DNA of 62,777 bases, filler included, from Stramenopiles sp. TOSAG23-3 (taxonomy: Eukaryota): assembly GCA_900128585.1 (NCBI GenBank). It is 16 parts of 16 records of this genome, joined end to end, with 100 filler letters (N's around TTAATTAATTAA, not from the genome) between each part and the next. Parts side by side here need not be neighbours in the genome. Positions count along the whole stretch, not along the records: positions 39,392 to 43,208 come from LT644058.1; positions 43,309 to 47,124 come from LT644059.1; positions 47,225 to 51,040 come from LT644060.1; positions 51,141 to 54,955 come from LT644061.1; 12 more parts are not named here. One strand, 5' to 3'. The position numbers and the translations under genes are program-made. Below the pieces are notes generated by a model. That model was not told the origin of the DNA, searched no databases, and worked only from the letters and a program-made list of their open reading frames with translations. Of this stretch, positions 42,652-54,100 are shown piece after piece; position 1 is the first letter of the stretch, and each line of letters opens with the position of its first letter.

Positions 42652-43367
42652 ATCGACAGGGGGGGCACGTCTCTGTCAGTCTCCGCCCGAGTTGTTGCTG
42701 GATACAGTACTAGGGCGAAACGTGTGATTCACAGGCCTGTTTCGCCGATCTTTCGTTCGCTGCTTACTGTGCAAGTTGTAAAAAATGTGCGTTGTCAAAT
42801 GCCGTGGTTAGTTCGGCGTATCCGTAACGACGTTGAAATTGGTTAAACTTTGCATAATAAAAGAATAATAGAACGAACGACGCCCCCTCCCCATTATTTT
42901 CCTAATCCTCTCTCCTCCTTCCTCCACTTTTTTCATCGTCCAGCCCTGTGTTCCTGTAATGCAAACGCTCCGTTCTTATGGAGAATACAAATGTAAAATC
43001 GACAATAGAATACAGACTCAGTAATTAAATGGAACGAACCGCTCGACCGTTGTGCCTTGTTCCCTTCATCAATAGAACCCTCAAATACCTATCTAGGACT
43101 GATCGCATCAAAACAGTAACCAACACACAACAAAGTCCTTTCTCCTTTCCGGTCCTATGAAAGTTATTAGTATTAGTCACTCTCTCCTACACTTCCCTCA
43201 CATTCCCCNNNNNNNNNNNNNNNNNNNNNNNNNNNNNNNNNNNNNNNNNNNNTTAATTAATTAANNNNNNNNNNNNNNNNNNNNNNNNNNNNNNNNNNNN
43301 NNNNNNNNTAATTCATAAACTTGTGAGAATCGTATGTTGCATCAGCATTAAACCCATTTTCTTCTAG

Positions 43368-44561
43368 ACTCTTTTTGTTCTCCGGAAGACGATGATGAAA
43401 GTGCTGGCCAGTACTGCGTACGCATTTGTCCTTGTTGTATTCGATATACTGTGGAACGGAGCCGCCGTTTTTCTGACGGATTGGGAGAACCACCGCACCG
43501 AGACGGAGTGGGAGGACCATTTCATTTTTAAGAAGTTTAGTTTTATGCTTGTGAACAACACGCTGGCAGCATTTTACACCGCGTTTGTGGAGCAGAACAT
43601 TGACAAGCTGTACTTGATGATGTGGTCGCTCATTGTAGTGAAACAGGTTACAAATTATTTAAAAGACACGAAGCTGCCCCTGGCAACAACGTGGCCCAAG
43701 CGAAAAAAGCTGCAGGCCCAGGTTGCGGCGATTGACCTGGAGGTGGAGACGGAGTGGGGGTACACGATCCAGGGGCGACCGGAACTGTCGAAGGAAGATT
43801 GCTTACGGGCACGGTTGGAAGTCTCGGAGAACGACGTGATGATACCTTTCAAACGGACCGACCAGTACTACGCCGAATACATGATACAGTACGCGTTTAT
43901 TGTGTTCTTCTCCCCCGCCTTCCCGTTGGCCGCCCTGGTGTGTTGGTTGTTCAACATTGCCCTGATTCGCGGGGAGATGATAGTGAACACGTCCGTTGCC
44001 CAGCGCGCCCCGACGACAGGGGCGAAGGACATTGGGTCGTGGCAGATGATCCAAGAAGGTATGTGTTTGGCGAGCATGGTCGTTAACGTGGGCCTTCTGC
44101 TGTTTACTATGAAAGGTCAACTGGGCACGTTCTACGAAACATGGTTTCCAACGTACGAGGCCAGGCTTTGGTCCCTAATCGCCTTGGAACACATCTTGCT
44201 CTTGACAAAAGTTGCGATGGCGGCCCTAATAGAGGACAAGCCGAAGTGGGTGATAGAAGCGATTGCAGCGTCGCATTTTAGAAAGAACGCGCAGCTGGAA
44301 GAGGCACAAAGAGAACATTTGAAAACGGTCCACGACCACGCTAAGTTTCGCTTGAACAAGGAACATATCCGTGCAGGGAACAATTGGGGGAAGATCCAAG
44401 ACTTCGTCACAGGGAAGGCGGATGCAAACGGGGGGATGGCGCAGCCGGAGCACGGAGACGTTGAAGGGACCACTGGCCCCTCAATGAGTTATATGAACCC
44501 ATTGTATATAAAGCGCGGCGATGGTTCCTTGAAAAAAGAAGAAATCCTGGGCGACTATTGA
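43368..44561 (+). CDS. Anoctamin/TMEM16 (Ca-activated channel/scramblase), C-terminal exon
   Basis: LTDWENHRTETEWED, FMLVNN...FYTAF, YAEYMIQYAF..FFSPAFPLA, AKDIGSW, LEHILL..DKPKWV. A putative intron acceptor ttttcttctag ends at 43367. Confidence 0.9.
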   Translation, partial: TLFVLRKTMMKVLASTAYAFVLVVFDILWNGAAVFLTDWENHRTETEWEDHFIFKKFSFMLVNNTLAAFYTAFVEQNIDKLYLMMWSLIVVKQVTNYLKDTKLPLATTWPKRKKLQAQVAAIDLEVETEWGYTIQGRPELSKEDCLRARLEVSENDVMIPFKRTDQYYAEYMIQYAFIVFFSPAFPLAALVCWLFNIALIRGEMIVNTSVAQRAPTTGAKDIGSWQMIQEGMCLASMVVNVGLLLFTMKGQLGTFYETWFPTYEARLWSLIALEHILLLTKVAMAALIEDKPKWVIEAIAASHFRKNAQLEEAQREHLKTVHDHAKFRLNKEHIRAGNNWGKIQDFVTGKADANGGMAQPEHGDVEGTTGPSMSYMNPLYIKRGDGSLKKEEILGDY

Positions 44562-44998
44562 AATTGTCCTACTCCTGTATCAATTCCTCCTAAGCTTGAT
44601 CTCATGTCTTACAAATTTATAAGTAGTCGAATAGTATAGAAATATATAGTCTAGTACGTACGATTTTTTTATGAAAAGTAAGGACATATAAATAGCATTA
44701 AATACGCTATGACCGATACATCAATCATCTTTCTTCTACTACTCCTTTATATCATCATCACACCAATATTAATACTTCTTTCTGTTGATCAAATCTTCTT
44801 CTTTCTTTTTTTCTTTCTTCTCTTCTTCCTTCTTCTTTTCTTCTTCTTTTCCTCTTCTTTTTCCTTTATTAGTCGTCTATTATTATGATGATGAATGCAG
44901 GAGGAGGTGGAGGAGGAGGAGGAAGAGGAAGAAAAAAAAAAAACTTCTATCTTTTTTCTTCTTTTCTTCTTCATTATTATTATTTTTTTTTTATATTA

Positions 44999-46210
44999 TT
45001 ATTTGAATATTCCCAACAACTCGTCGTCAAAATACTCCTCGTAGAACTCAAAATCACTGTCATCACACACTGACGAAGTACGCGAATTTGCCTCATCATC
45101 AGCACTGCCAAACGAAGAATCACGATCACGAGCACCGCCCTTGGATATTACTTTATTTATGAGTTGCCCCGCCCCCTTTATGATTTTGTCTGTCATGGAT
45201 CCCCCTTTACTATTTTGTTTATCTTTCATGTCTTTCATGTTTTGTTTCTGTTTCATATATTTTACTTTTTTTAAATAAGACATCTTGGTTCTTTCGGAAG
45301 GTTTCCCTGTCCTTTTAAGCCTATCTTTTTCATAGGCATCATAGTCCACTTTATCTTTCGCTATCTGGTCAGATAAGTACTCTTCTTCACTGCCGCTCCA
45401 CCTATTATGTTTTCTACCTTTTTCTTTACCTTTTTCTTTACGCGTGCTACAACCATTTTCTGATCCACTTGAGCCAGCTCTCTGACGTTTTCTTTTTCGT
45501 TGTCCTATCCCCTTCTGTTTCTTAAGATGTTCGATTTCTCGTTCCAGATCACAAATTTTCTTTCGATTATTACTATTCCTTAGTTCCAGTTCACAAATTT
45601 TCTTTCGATCATTACCAATTTTTAGTTCCCGTTTACCAATTTCCCGTTCACAAATAGCAATTCTTTCAATAAACTCCACTTCTAATTTCTGCGTATCTGC
45701 TTTCGCCTTCTTTAACTCCACTTCTAATTTCTGCGTATCTTCTATCATGTCGTTGCACACCCGCATGGAACACTCTTTACAAAATATCTTAAGACATATT
45801 CTGCAATGGTGTTTACGGTGAAGCACCGAAAAGGATGTCTTGCACCGGTTGCAGTGTTGAACGTCTTTGTCCTTCTGCCACTCTTTTCCTGGTTTACATC
45901 TTCTTAGTGCAGAAGTCGTGGCCACTGTTGCAAGTGCAGAAGTCGCGGTTGGCATTGGCGACGGAGCCTTCGTGGTTGGCGTTGATGCCGGTGCTGACGT
46001 CGTGGTAGGCGGTTGTGCCGGTGCAGCCCCCGTGGTTGGCGTTGATGCCGATGTGGACGTCGCGGTTGGCGATGGCGGTGGTGCCTGTTCAGACACCGTG
46101 GGTAGTACCTGATCCACGACTCTTAACAGGTGTTGCACTGCTGATACCGGTGGCAGCAACAGCCGCCCGTAGAAATACTGTCGGACTGGCACTGGCACTG
46201 GCACTGACAT
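44999..46210 (-). CDS. FYVE-like zinc finger and coiled-coil protein with a Thr/Pro/Ala-rich N-terminus
   Basis: WQKD..V.HCNRCKTSFSVLHRKHHCRIC..IFCKECS, followed by heptad repeats. Confidence 0.75.
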   Translation of the reverse strand: MSVPVPVPVRQYFYGRLLLPPVSAVQHLLRVVDQVLPTVSEQAPPPSPTATSTSASTPTTGAAPAQPPTTTSAPASTPTTKAPSPMPTATSALATVATTSALRRCKPGKEWQKDKDVQHCNRCKTSFSVLHRKHHCRICLKIFCKECSMRVCNDMIEDTQKLEVELKKAKADTQKLEVEFIERIAICEREIGKRELKIGNDRKKICELELRNSNNRKKICDLEREIEHLKKQKGIGQRKRKRQRAGSSGSENGCSTRKEKGKEKGRKHNRWSGSEEEYLSDQIAKDKVDYDAYEKDRLKRTGKPSERTKMSYLKKVKYMKQKQNMKDMKDKQNSKGGSMTDKIIKGAGQLINKVISKGGARDRDSSFGSADDEANSRTSSVCDDSDFEFYEEYFDDELLGIFK

Positions 46211-47329
46211 AACTGTCTCGCCCTTTTCTTTTGCGCTTCTTTTCTTGCCTTGCTGGTGTGTGGGGGTCTCCAGCCGCCTGGCTTGACATATTCCTACGAT
46301 TGCTTTACGTACGGTGGAGTGGGATGTGTGTGTGGGGGGGTAGGGGGGCAAGGTATGAATGAATACGATGCAAAACTCTCTTGCTTGTTAAACGTCCCTG
46401 TCTTTTTTATAACAATATAGAAATGAATAAATTGTGACTAATTTCAACAACTTCAACTTTCAGTGTTTGAAAATAGAAAAATTCCGTGGTGTTGCTATTC
46501 TATTCAACGACGCCTCTTCTGAGATGTTTTTAAATTCCGTTAAGCACCTCTTTGCTATTTATATGCTATTTGCGATAATGCTGTATTAATGTATTCAATG
46601 GTAATTCAATATTAAACGCTAATTCAAAACCTAACCTATCAAAGTCTATTAGACTACAAGAAGTACAAATATGGTTAGGATAAGGGTATTTATTCTTATT
46701 TAGACAAGTATAACTTTTGATAGGAAACGTAATTTCATGTAATATGTAAAATAGCGTATAGATAACATTGATAAAATTACATATATACAGCATTATCACA
46801 ACTAGCATATGAATACTGCCAAATTGCCATTTACACACTTCCTTCAAATTCTCACTGCTATTGCTCGTTGCCAAAACTTCTGTATAATTATTTTTAGAGT
46901 TTCTGCAGACAGCCCCCCCCCCCCCGAAAACTTTCATCCTCTCGTCCTCCTTTTTCAGGAAAATACTCCTCGTCGTTGACCAGGAACACAAAACTATTTT
47001 TTGTTTCGGTCGGCATTCATCTCTATGCTGTGTCGATGCATTGTTCGGTACGATTGAATACCCTAGTCTATAAATAACATTGAAGAAAAGATAAAAAAAA
47101 CTGCAAAAAAAAAAAAAAGAAACTNNNNNNNNNNNNNNNNNNNNNNNNNNNNNNNNNNNNNNNNNNNNTTAATTAATTAANNNNNNNNNNNNNNNNNNNN
47201 NNNNNNNNNNNNNNNNNNNNNNNNTTTGATTGATTTATATTAACTTGTTGTACGTTTTCGTTGTTCATCAAATACAAGAACCCCTCTACTATATTTTTTC
47301 GCACGTTCTTCTGTTCTATAGACAGCAGT

Positions 47330-48239
47330 ATGGGAGTCTTGAACGTTAGTTTCCTACGGGTCGTTTTCGTGTTTTTGTTTGCTATCGTCGTGTGCTCCAA
47401 TGGAGCACTTGTAAATAAACGCCGGGTGGGTAGGTACAGGAGAGCACGCAGTGCCAGCAGTAGTACAGAGAGTCAGGTCCTGAGTACCACGGCCGCCCCG
47501 GTTAGTAGCGAGGAAGATGTTGGTGAAGTTGGAGAAACCAATATTCGGGGTGCAGAAACGGCACCGAAAGCAACGGACCCTGCGGGCGTTGGTGAAAAAG
47601 AAGTGAACAACGATCCATACGATAGCAAACCTAATGAAGCCGAATTGAAAGGCAAAATTGCAGCCGAAGAGGACGGCAGCACCACCTCATCCCCAAGCGT
47701 GGAGGGGGGGGGGCAAGGACGCGAAGCCCAAGAGCAAACCAGACGAAGACAACGCACCAGAAGAAAATATTAACAAAGGTATTGCAGCGGAGGAGAAAGC
47801 AAACGTGCGCCAACCCACGGCTGGCACGGAGGCGGCTGAGCCTGATAAGAAAGACAGTGACAACAAGGAGGAGGAGCCGCAGAGCATCAAAGGTGCAAGT
47901 GGCACCGTAGACGTGGGGAAAGGACAGGCGGCCGACGATGAAAGTACCGGGCGCAAACCAGCACGCAAGGAGACATCTGTCGACCTGTTTGGGCCGCGCT
48001 TACGAACGGGTAACGAAAAGGTGCTTGGGGACGGCGTACAAGCAATACCAGCCCAAGACCAAAAGACAGCGATGGAGTTGCTCTATAAAGAATCAGACGA
48101 TGAACCACTAGTAGACACCGCGCTGGAGAACGTATTCCAGCTGAAAGGCTCCAATCCAACAAAGCTGAACCGAGGGGGAATTGCCGAGAAACAACGCCTG
48201 AAGAATAAGCCGCCGTTCCCGGAACAAATTCTTCAATAA
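47330..48239 (+). CDS. Secreted acidic low-complexity protein, +1 frameshift in the G run 47704-47713
   Basis: Signal peptide MGVLNVSFLRVVFVFLFAIVVCSNG; composition is continuous across ORFs 47261-47773 and 47658-48239; KG(K)IAAEE is repeated on both sides of the shift. Confidence 0.65.
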
Positions 48240-48595
48240 TTTATTTTATATTTTATAGTATTATTGGATAAATAATAATAGTATTATACGACTATACTTA
48301 CTTATAATACAACAAGCCTTTTCTTTCCTTTCACTTCACCATTCACCACACTCACTTTCCCAAGGAAGAAGAAGGTTGTGTAAGCAATTGTTCGACGTTC
48401 ATTCATTATATACCACTTTGCGATTTACGTTATGTTAGTTTGAATGATGAATACCAGAAGTCTTATTCTGGAACAAGGAGGAGTTTGGGTTCTTGAACGG
48501 TTTTACCTTTAAAACATACTATATATAATTTGTTTAATTTTACACTCCACCGCGTTGCCACAGTTTCGAGTCCAACCCTTTCATCAACATCAATC

Positions 48596-49459
48596 ATGAC
48601 GACGACGAAAACGCTGCATATTATAAGGCACGGGGAGAGCGAGCAAAACAAGCTGATGCATGACATAGCTGTCAAGGCAGGGTTTGATGGGATGACGGAC
48701 GGCATGAAGAACATGAACGATAGCATGCGGGCGAAACTATTCGAGTGCACGTTTTGCGACAAAGAGATTGACTACAAGCTGACACCGAAGGGGAGGGAAC
48801 AGGCTAAGTTTTTGCAGACAGACGCCACGCTTCGAGAAAAGATTACGCTGGTGGTCTCGTCCAGCCAAGAACGGGCGCTGCGTACGGCTGCACTAGGGTT
48901 GGGAGATGTGGTAGGACCACAGAAACAGTGCCGGGCCGTTGTTCTGGACAACGCGAGGGAGTTTATCACCGCTGACCCTGGTGAACGACGCACGGCGGTC
49001 TCGAAGAGACTCCTGGATCCGGCGTTGAAGGCCTGGGATTTTTCTAACTGCACGAACGATGACGAGCTCTGGGAAGGTATGAAACGGACGGACTCATTTG
49101 AGTTCCGAAGAAATGATTTTTCCAAGCCGCCGTGGGAATGTCCCAGTCTTGCCGAAGCGGTGGGAAGGCGAGGCGAGGAACTCTTAGAGTACATTTTTCA
49201 GCAGCCCGATGAGCACGTGGCGTTGGTGACGCATTGGGGTTTTGCGTTCATGGGAATTATCGTCAAAGGCTTCAATGTCCGGGAATCCGGCGAGGAGTTT
49301 CTTCCGAAAGATTTTGGGAACGGGGATAGAATTACGCTGGAAATAACGAAACCGGCAGCCCCTGCGGCGTACAAGATGCGGTTCGTGGAACAAAGGCGGT
49401 GTCGAAACCAGGCAGCAATTTCAAGCGAGGGAAACAGGATAGGAAGAGGTCGCCTGTGA
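48596..49459 (+). CDS. Histidine phosphatase superfamily (phosphoglycerate mutase-like) protein
   Basis: LHIIRHGES, LTPKGREQA, VVSSSQERALRTA, VALVTHWGF. Confidence 0.9.
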   Translation: MTTTKTLHIIRHGESEQNKLMHDIAVKAGFDGMTDGMKNMNDSMRAKLFECTFCDKEIDYKLTPKGREQAKFLQTDATLREKITLVVSSSQERALRTAALGLGDVVGPQKQCRAVVLDNAREFITADPGERRTAVSKRLLDPALKAWDFSNCTNDDELWEGMKRTDSFEFRRNDFSKPPWECPSLAEAVGRRGEELLEYIFQQPDEHVALVTHWGFAFMGIIVKGFNVRESGEEFLPKDFGNGDRITLEITKPAAPAAYKMRFVEQRRCRNQAAISSEGNRIGRGRL

Positions 49460-49718
49460 ACTCCTTCGTTGAAAGTCTTTGTACAGTAAGAGCACCGGGG
49501 CGCTTGTACATTAAGAAACAGTATGGTTTTAAAATCGAAGTTCTTACGAGAGGTAAATTCTTAAGATTTTTTCCGGCCAATACTTAGAGAGATTGGTCCC
49601 TGACAAAATAAACCGTAAGTTTTAGATTAAATTACTCGGTAGTAATGCATTTTTGTGGTTGCTTCTTTCCCCCCACCACCACACGATGATTTTGTGGGTG
49701 AGTTTTCACAAACTTCTT

Positions 49719-50858
49719 TCAATCCCCACCACCTTGTCGATTCATGACAAGAAGGTAGGCCACTTTCAAGGCCCCGGCCAATCCGACGGTGTCGTCTCCA
49801 ATAAGCGTCAGGGGAATTTTCTGCACGATAGAGCTCATCTTTGGCCCCTGATCTGTGTAAGCATTTAGAAACACATTGCTTTGCTCCAATCTCCACATAA
49901 CTTTCTGCAAAATGCCACCAGCGACGTACAACCCTCCAAAGCACATAAACTGTTGGGCAGTTGCCCCCAGGGCACGGCCATAAACCGAGAGGAACAAATC
50001 CAACGCTTTCACCGACGGGTCAGAATCGATCCCGTCCCTTATTGCGTCCTGTGCCATCCGCGTTACGTACGCTCCCTGCATGTCCACTTCAACGTTGCCC
50101 AAGCCGGCAATCCGCTTCGCTTCGTCTTTGCAAAAGAAACGGTACACGTCGACCAGTCCAGGCCCACTAACTACCCTTTCGATTTCGACATAATCCCCAT
50201 GCAACTGCATGAGAAACTGTTTTAGCCTCCACTCCTCTTCCGTTCTTGGCGAGAACGTATCGGACATCCCCCCCTCGCTGGGAAATACCCCGTAGCCACC
50301 CTCAGTGTGCCCTGGGGCAAGGAAAACCACCCCGAGCCCCGTTCCAGCACCCATGCACGCGATGACCTGTTCCTCCTCCTCCGACGAACTTGACTCCGGG
50401 CCAGGATACAATGTTTTCAAATCTCGGGGCTTGCACACGTCCGGGACGTTTATTCCTTTGGCGTGTAGGGCAGCAATGCTGTGCCCAATGCTTTCAAAGT
50501 CATTGATAAACAGAAATGACCCTTTCGTCTCGATTCCAAAAACACCCCCGATTGCGAGCGCACTCTCAACTTTCCCGGGCCACAAATTGTTCGGATCGTT
50601 TTTCTCACCGGAAGCCCACACGGGCCCGCAGACAGCCCAGCACCCCGAGACAAACTCAACTATTTCCCCCAATTCTTCTGCTTTACTACGGGCATCGTCC
50701 ACACAAAGCTTTGCCAGTTCACTATAGTTCGACACACTCGCCATTCGGTAGACATGTTCGAACCAAGGAGTTTCAAAGTCGTTCGACTGCAGGTATACTC
50801 GAATCCGTCCGTTCGTACCGCCGACGTCCGCGGTAACAAACGCTTTCTTCACGCTCAT
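49719..50858 (-). CDS. glk: Bacterial-type (group A) glucokinase
   Basis: ADVGGTNGR, INDFESIG, GAGTGLG, PSEGG, ERVVSGPGL, GGLYVAGGI, GLAGA. Confidence 0.9.
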   Translation of the reverse strand: MSVKKAFVTADVGGTNGRIRVYLQSNDFETPWFEHVYRMASVSNYSELAKLCVDDARSKAEELGEIVEFVSGCWAVCGPVWASGEKNDPNNLWPGKVESALAIGGVFGIETKGSFLFINDFESIGHSIAALHAKGINVPDVCKPRDLKTLYPGPESSSSEEEEQVIACMGAGTGLGVVFLAPGHTEGGYGVFPSEGGMSDTFSPRTEEEWRLKQFLMQLHGDYVEIERVVSGPGLVDVYRFFCKDEAKRIAGLGNVEVDMQGAYVTRMAQDAIRDGIDSDPSVKALDLFLSVYGRALGATAQQFMCFGGLYVAGGILQKVMWRLEQSNVFLNAYTDQGPKMSSIVQKIPLTLIGDDTVGLAGALKVAYLLVMNRQGGGD

Positions 50859-51140
50859 GGTGTAAAATATTGTATTGCACCTATAATTAGTGTAGTGTGT
50901 AATTCAATTGGTCTGTGCGCGCTTCTCGATCTAGTTGCCCATACGAGTTACAAAAGGCAGATACAGTTCTTGGTTAATGGAGTAGATTTTTGTTTTATTA
51001 AAGTGTACGAGTATAAAATTAAATTCCAGATTTTTATTATNNNNNNNNNNNNNNNNNNNNNNNNNNNNNNNNNNNNNNNNNNNNTTAATTAATTAANNNN
51101 NNNNNNNNNNNNNNNNNNNNNNNNNNNNNNNNNNNNNNNN

Positions 51141-54100
51141 AAAAGAAAGTCTTTTATAGGAGATCTTCAAATTGAAACTAGTAGTGACGGAGACGTTATC
51201 ACTTTCGAAAAAGTTCACCTTTTTACCGTTTTGAATGTATGTACAGAGAACCAGGATAAATCCAGAGATTACTTCGTTATTACAATTTCAGATTGTCATA
51301 CAATTCAAGTGCATATATTATCTGTGAAGTTCGATAACAAATGCCAAAACCCAAATATTATTCAAAAGTCTCGCCTGGAACTTCCTCATTGCCAGACTCT
51401 GAGTATATCCCAAGGTAACGAAATTGACCCGTACGTATTTTTTGTCGCAACTCTCAATGAAGGTGTTGTCCTGTGGAAGGTTAATGAGCAGAACTTCTCC
51501 GTTAAAAAAGTTACTAAGTTTGCAGAAACCTCAATTCTTTCTGTTTCAATAAACAAGCCGCTCAACATTGTGGCCACTGGAAACCTGGACGGGGAGCTTT
51601 GTATATGGTCAATTGAAAATATTATGAAGAAGGGAGGCGATAACCCCCTGTCGAAGGCAGCAATGATTTTAATGAAATCCAGAAATGAAAAAGATAATGT
51701 TATGCTTTTAAAGCGTCCACAAAATGTAGGAGGAATACCACATCTTCTCAAATGGTACAGCGAAGATGAAAACAGCGGGACTGACGTACTTGTATCTGCT
51801 TGCCAGACTGGCTTGTTGACAATCTGGAAGTATGACAAAGACGATGCTTATTTGGAGAGAATTACGGATTTAAATCGATCAATTGTTGGCACTTCTTTCA
51901 ACGACCTCTTTATCCTTAAAAACTATATTTACGCAGTACACGAAGAAAGTGCTGTGCGCGGTTGGGATATAAAGGAGGTTCTAAGACGCGCAGACCTTCT
52001 TTCAGCTGATAAGAACAGTTGTGTTGGCCTGAAACAAACAAAGACAGGCAGGTGCGTTAGTGCTGATGGTACTCGTGGGGGATCAATAGGTGAGACGGGG
52101 AAAATATTTGTGTGGAATATGGTTTCAGGGAACGTTGTTGAATGCCTTATGTGCAAGTCAGCAAATATACTGTGTTTTAGTGACCACGGAGACCACGTCA
52201 TGGTTGGGACATCGATGGGCAAGGTCTTCCTGTGGGAGTATCATCTCAAGTACGAATTTAAAGGAGAAATAGTTAACGTAGGACACACTAACCCATCTGC
52301 ACTCTCTTTTTCAGCTGACATGCAGCATGCTGCTGTCGGGTGCGAGAATGGGCTTTTCTTTCTGGTCAATTTAGATACGAAAAAGGTCATCAATGTGAAA
52401 CAAAGTCTGCTTGCAAATGGCAAATCTAGCAATGACGTAAAAGGCGCATGGACGCATCTAGATGCTGTAGCTGACGTAACTTTCTGCGAATTGGAAGAAC
52501 AGGAAATAGTTGAACTCCAGGAAATAAACGAAAGAAACATGAAAGGGAAAAATATGAAACAAAGGAGAGGAAACATACTAATGCCGCAAAAGAAGAAAAC
52601 AGGCAACTTTACGAGAAAGAAAACGTTTCAAAAAATTGCAAAACTTCTGGTCTCCACGTCAACGAAAGGGAGAGTTACAGTGTGGTCTTTAGACACGTTC
52701 GAAACTATTTTAGACTACTCTTCTCCCAATGTGCATGCAGACGGCGACTTAAAAATTTTGCTGACGGAACAGAAAATAAAGTTAGTATCTACTCCATCGA
52801 TGCCTCGACCTGGAAGCGAAGACTATAATTCAGTGGTGATTGAAGATCTTGAAGACATTGATTCCTTGTTTTGTAAAGAAAAATGTAACTTGACCAGCAC
52901 TGAAGGTCCTGAAAAAGCAGTGCTGGATCCATTGAAACGAAAAGTTACGAAACATCGAGTTTCCAATCTACTTTTTACGGGTTTAACAGTTGGTGCCAGG
53001 ATTGTCTGTTCTGGGTTCGGATTTGCTGGGTTGTACTATTTGCTTGGATTCAGCGATGGTACAGTTCAACTGTATGAATCTAAATCAGGGCGGTTAATCG
53101 GCACATTTCTATGCGCATCTTCAGTCTCATCAATTTCCGTACCTGCATGGTATAGCCAGGTTGGGCATTTCATTTGTACCGATTCTAATGGAAAAGTTTA
53201 TGTTTTAAGCACAGACTTTGTTGGTGTTGTAAGGCGCACAACTTCTCCAACTATGGTGAATAGCACTGGCTCTCTACTTCATCCTCAAAAATCACTTACC
53301 CAGTACAAAATTGCGTCTCTAAAATGCCGTCACAGTGGAGTGGAAGCATACAGCACAAAGCTTGGATCGAAAGAGTACTGCAAGTTTTCTACACAATCGA
53401 TCAATAATTCTTTACGCGACTGTTCGATTGTAAATGTGTCTGTAAATTGGAAACCAACACGCAAAAAATTAAATCTATTTTGGAACTATATGGGGATCAA
53501 GTGGATACCTCACGGTGAAATAGACCGCGAAGAAAAAAGTGCTAAATTATTGAAAGATAGTTGCATCGTTGTCTTAGGAAATATGCACGGGTTGGCCAGC
53601 GCATTGCACGTTGGGCTGAAAAAGATGTTGACAGACGGGGTTGCCGTTGCAGCACAAAATGCGGTTATAGTGACTAATGGCATCGACAACGAAGTGAATA
53701 GAATCCTAGCCTTTCGCGAAGATCCTTATCTGACGAAGGGAGATCGAGAGGAGCCTGTGGTTATTGGAGTGGTACCTGCCGAAGGCGTGGACATTGGCCC
53801 AAAATTCAAGCCTTCTAAATCCGAGGTGGAGTCAATGCGATACTTTGAGAAAGTTGAAGCAATTGAACAGCATAGTTCCAGAATCATTCGCGTGCACGGA
53901 TGTCGTCATTTGAGTTCCCGGCGTTGCGTAATCGAAGAACTGCTTCTTTCTATTCGTAATATGGACGCGGGAAGCTTAGGAATTTTGATAAGCGGCGACT
54001 TTGGCAGTCTGAAGGAGCTAGAAACATTGATGCAATTGAATATGCCAATAATTGTAGTGGAAGGTAGTGGTGGGGTGGCAGATCATATTTCAGAATTAAG

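Noticed and set aside
46566-46991. 141-aa AT-rich ORF
   Set aside because: No ATG at the called start, spacer-like composition and no motifs.
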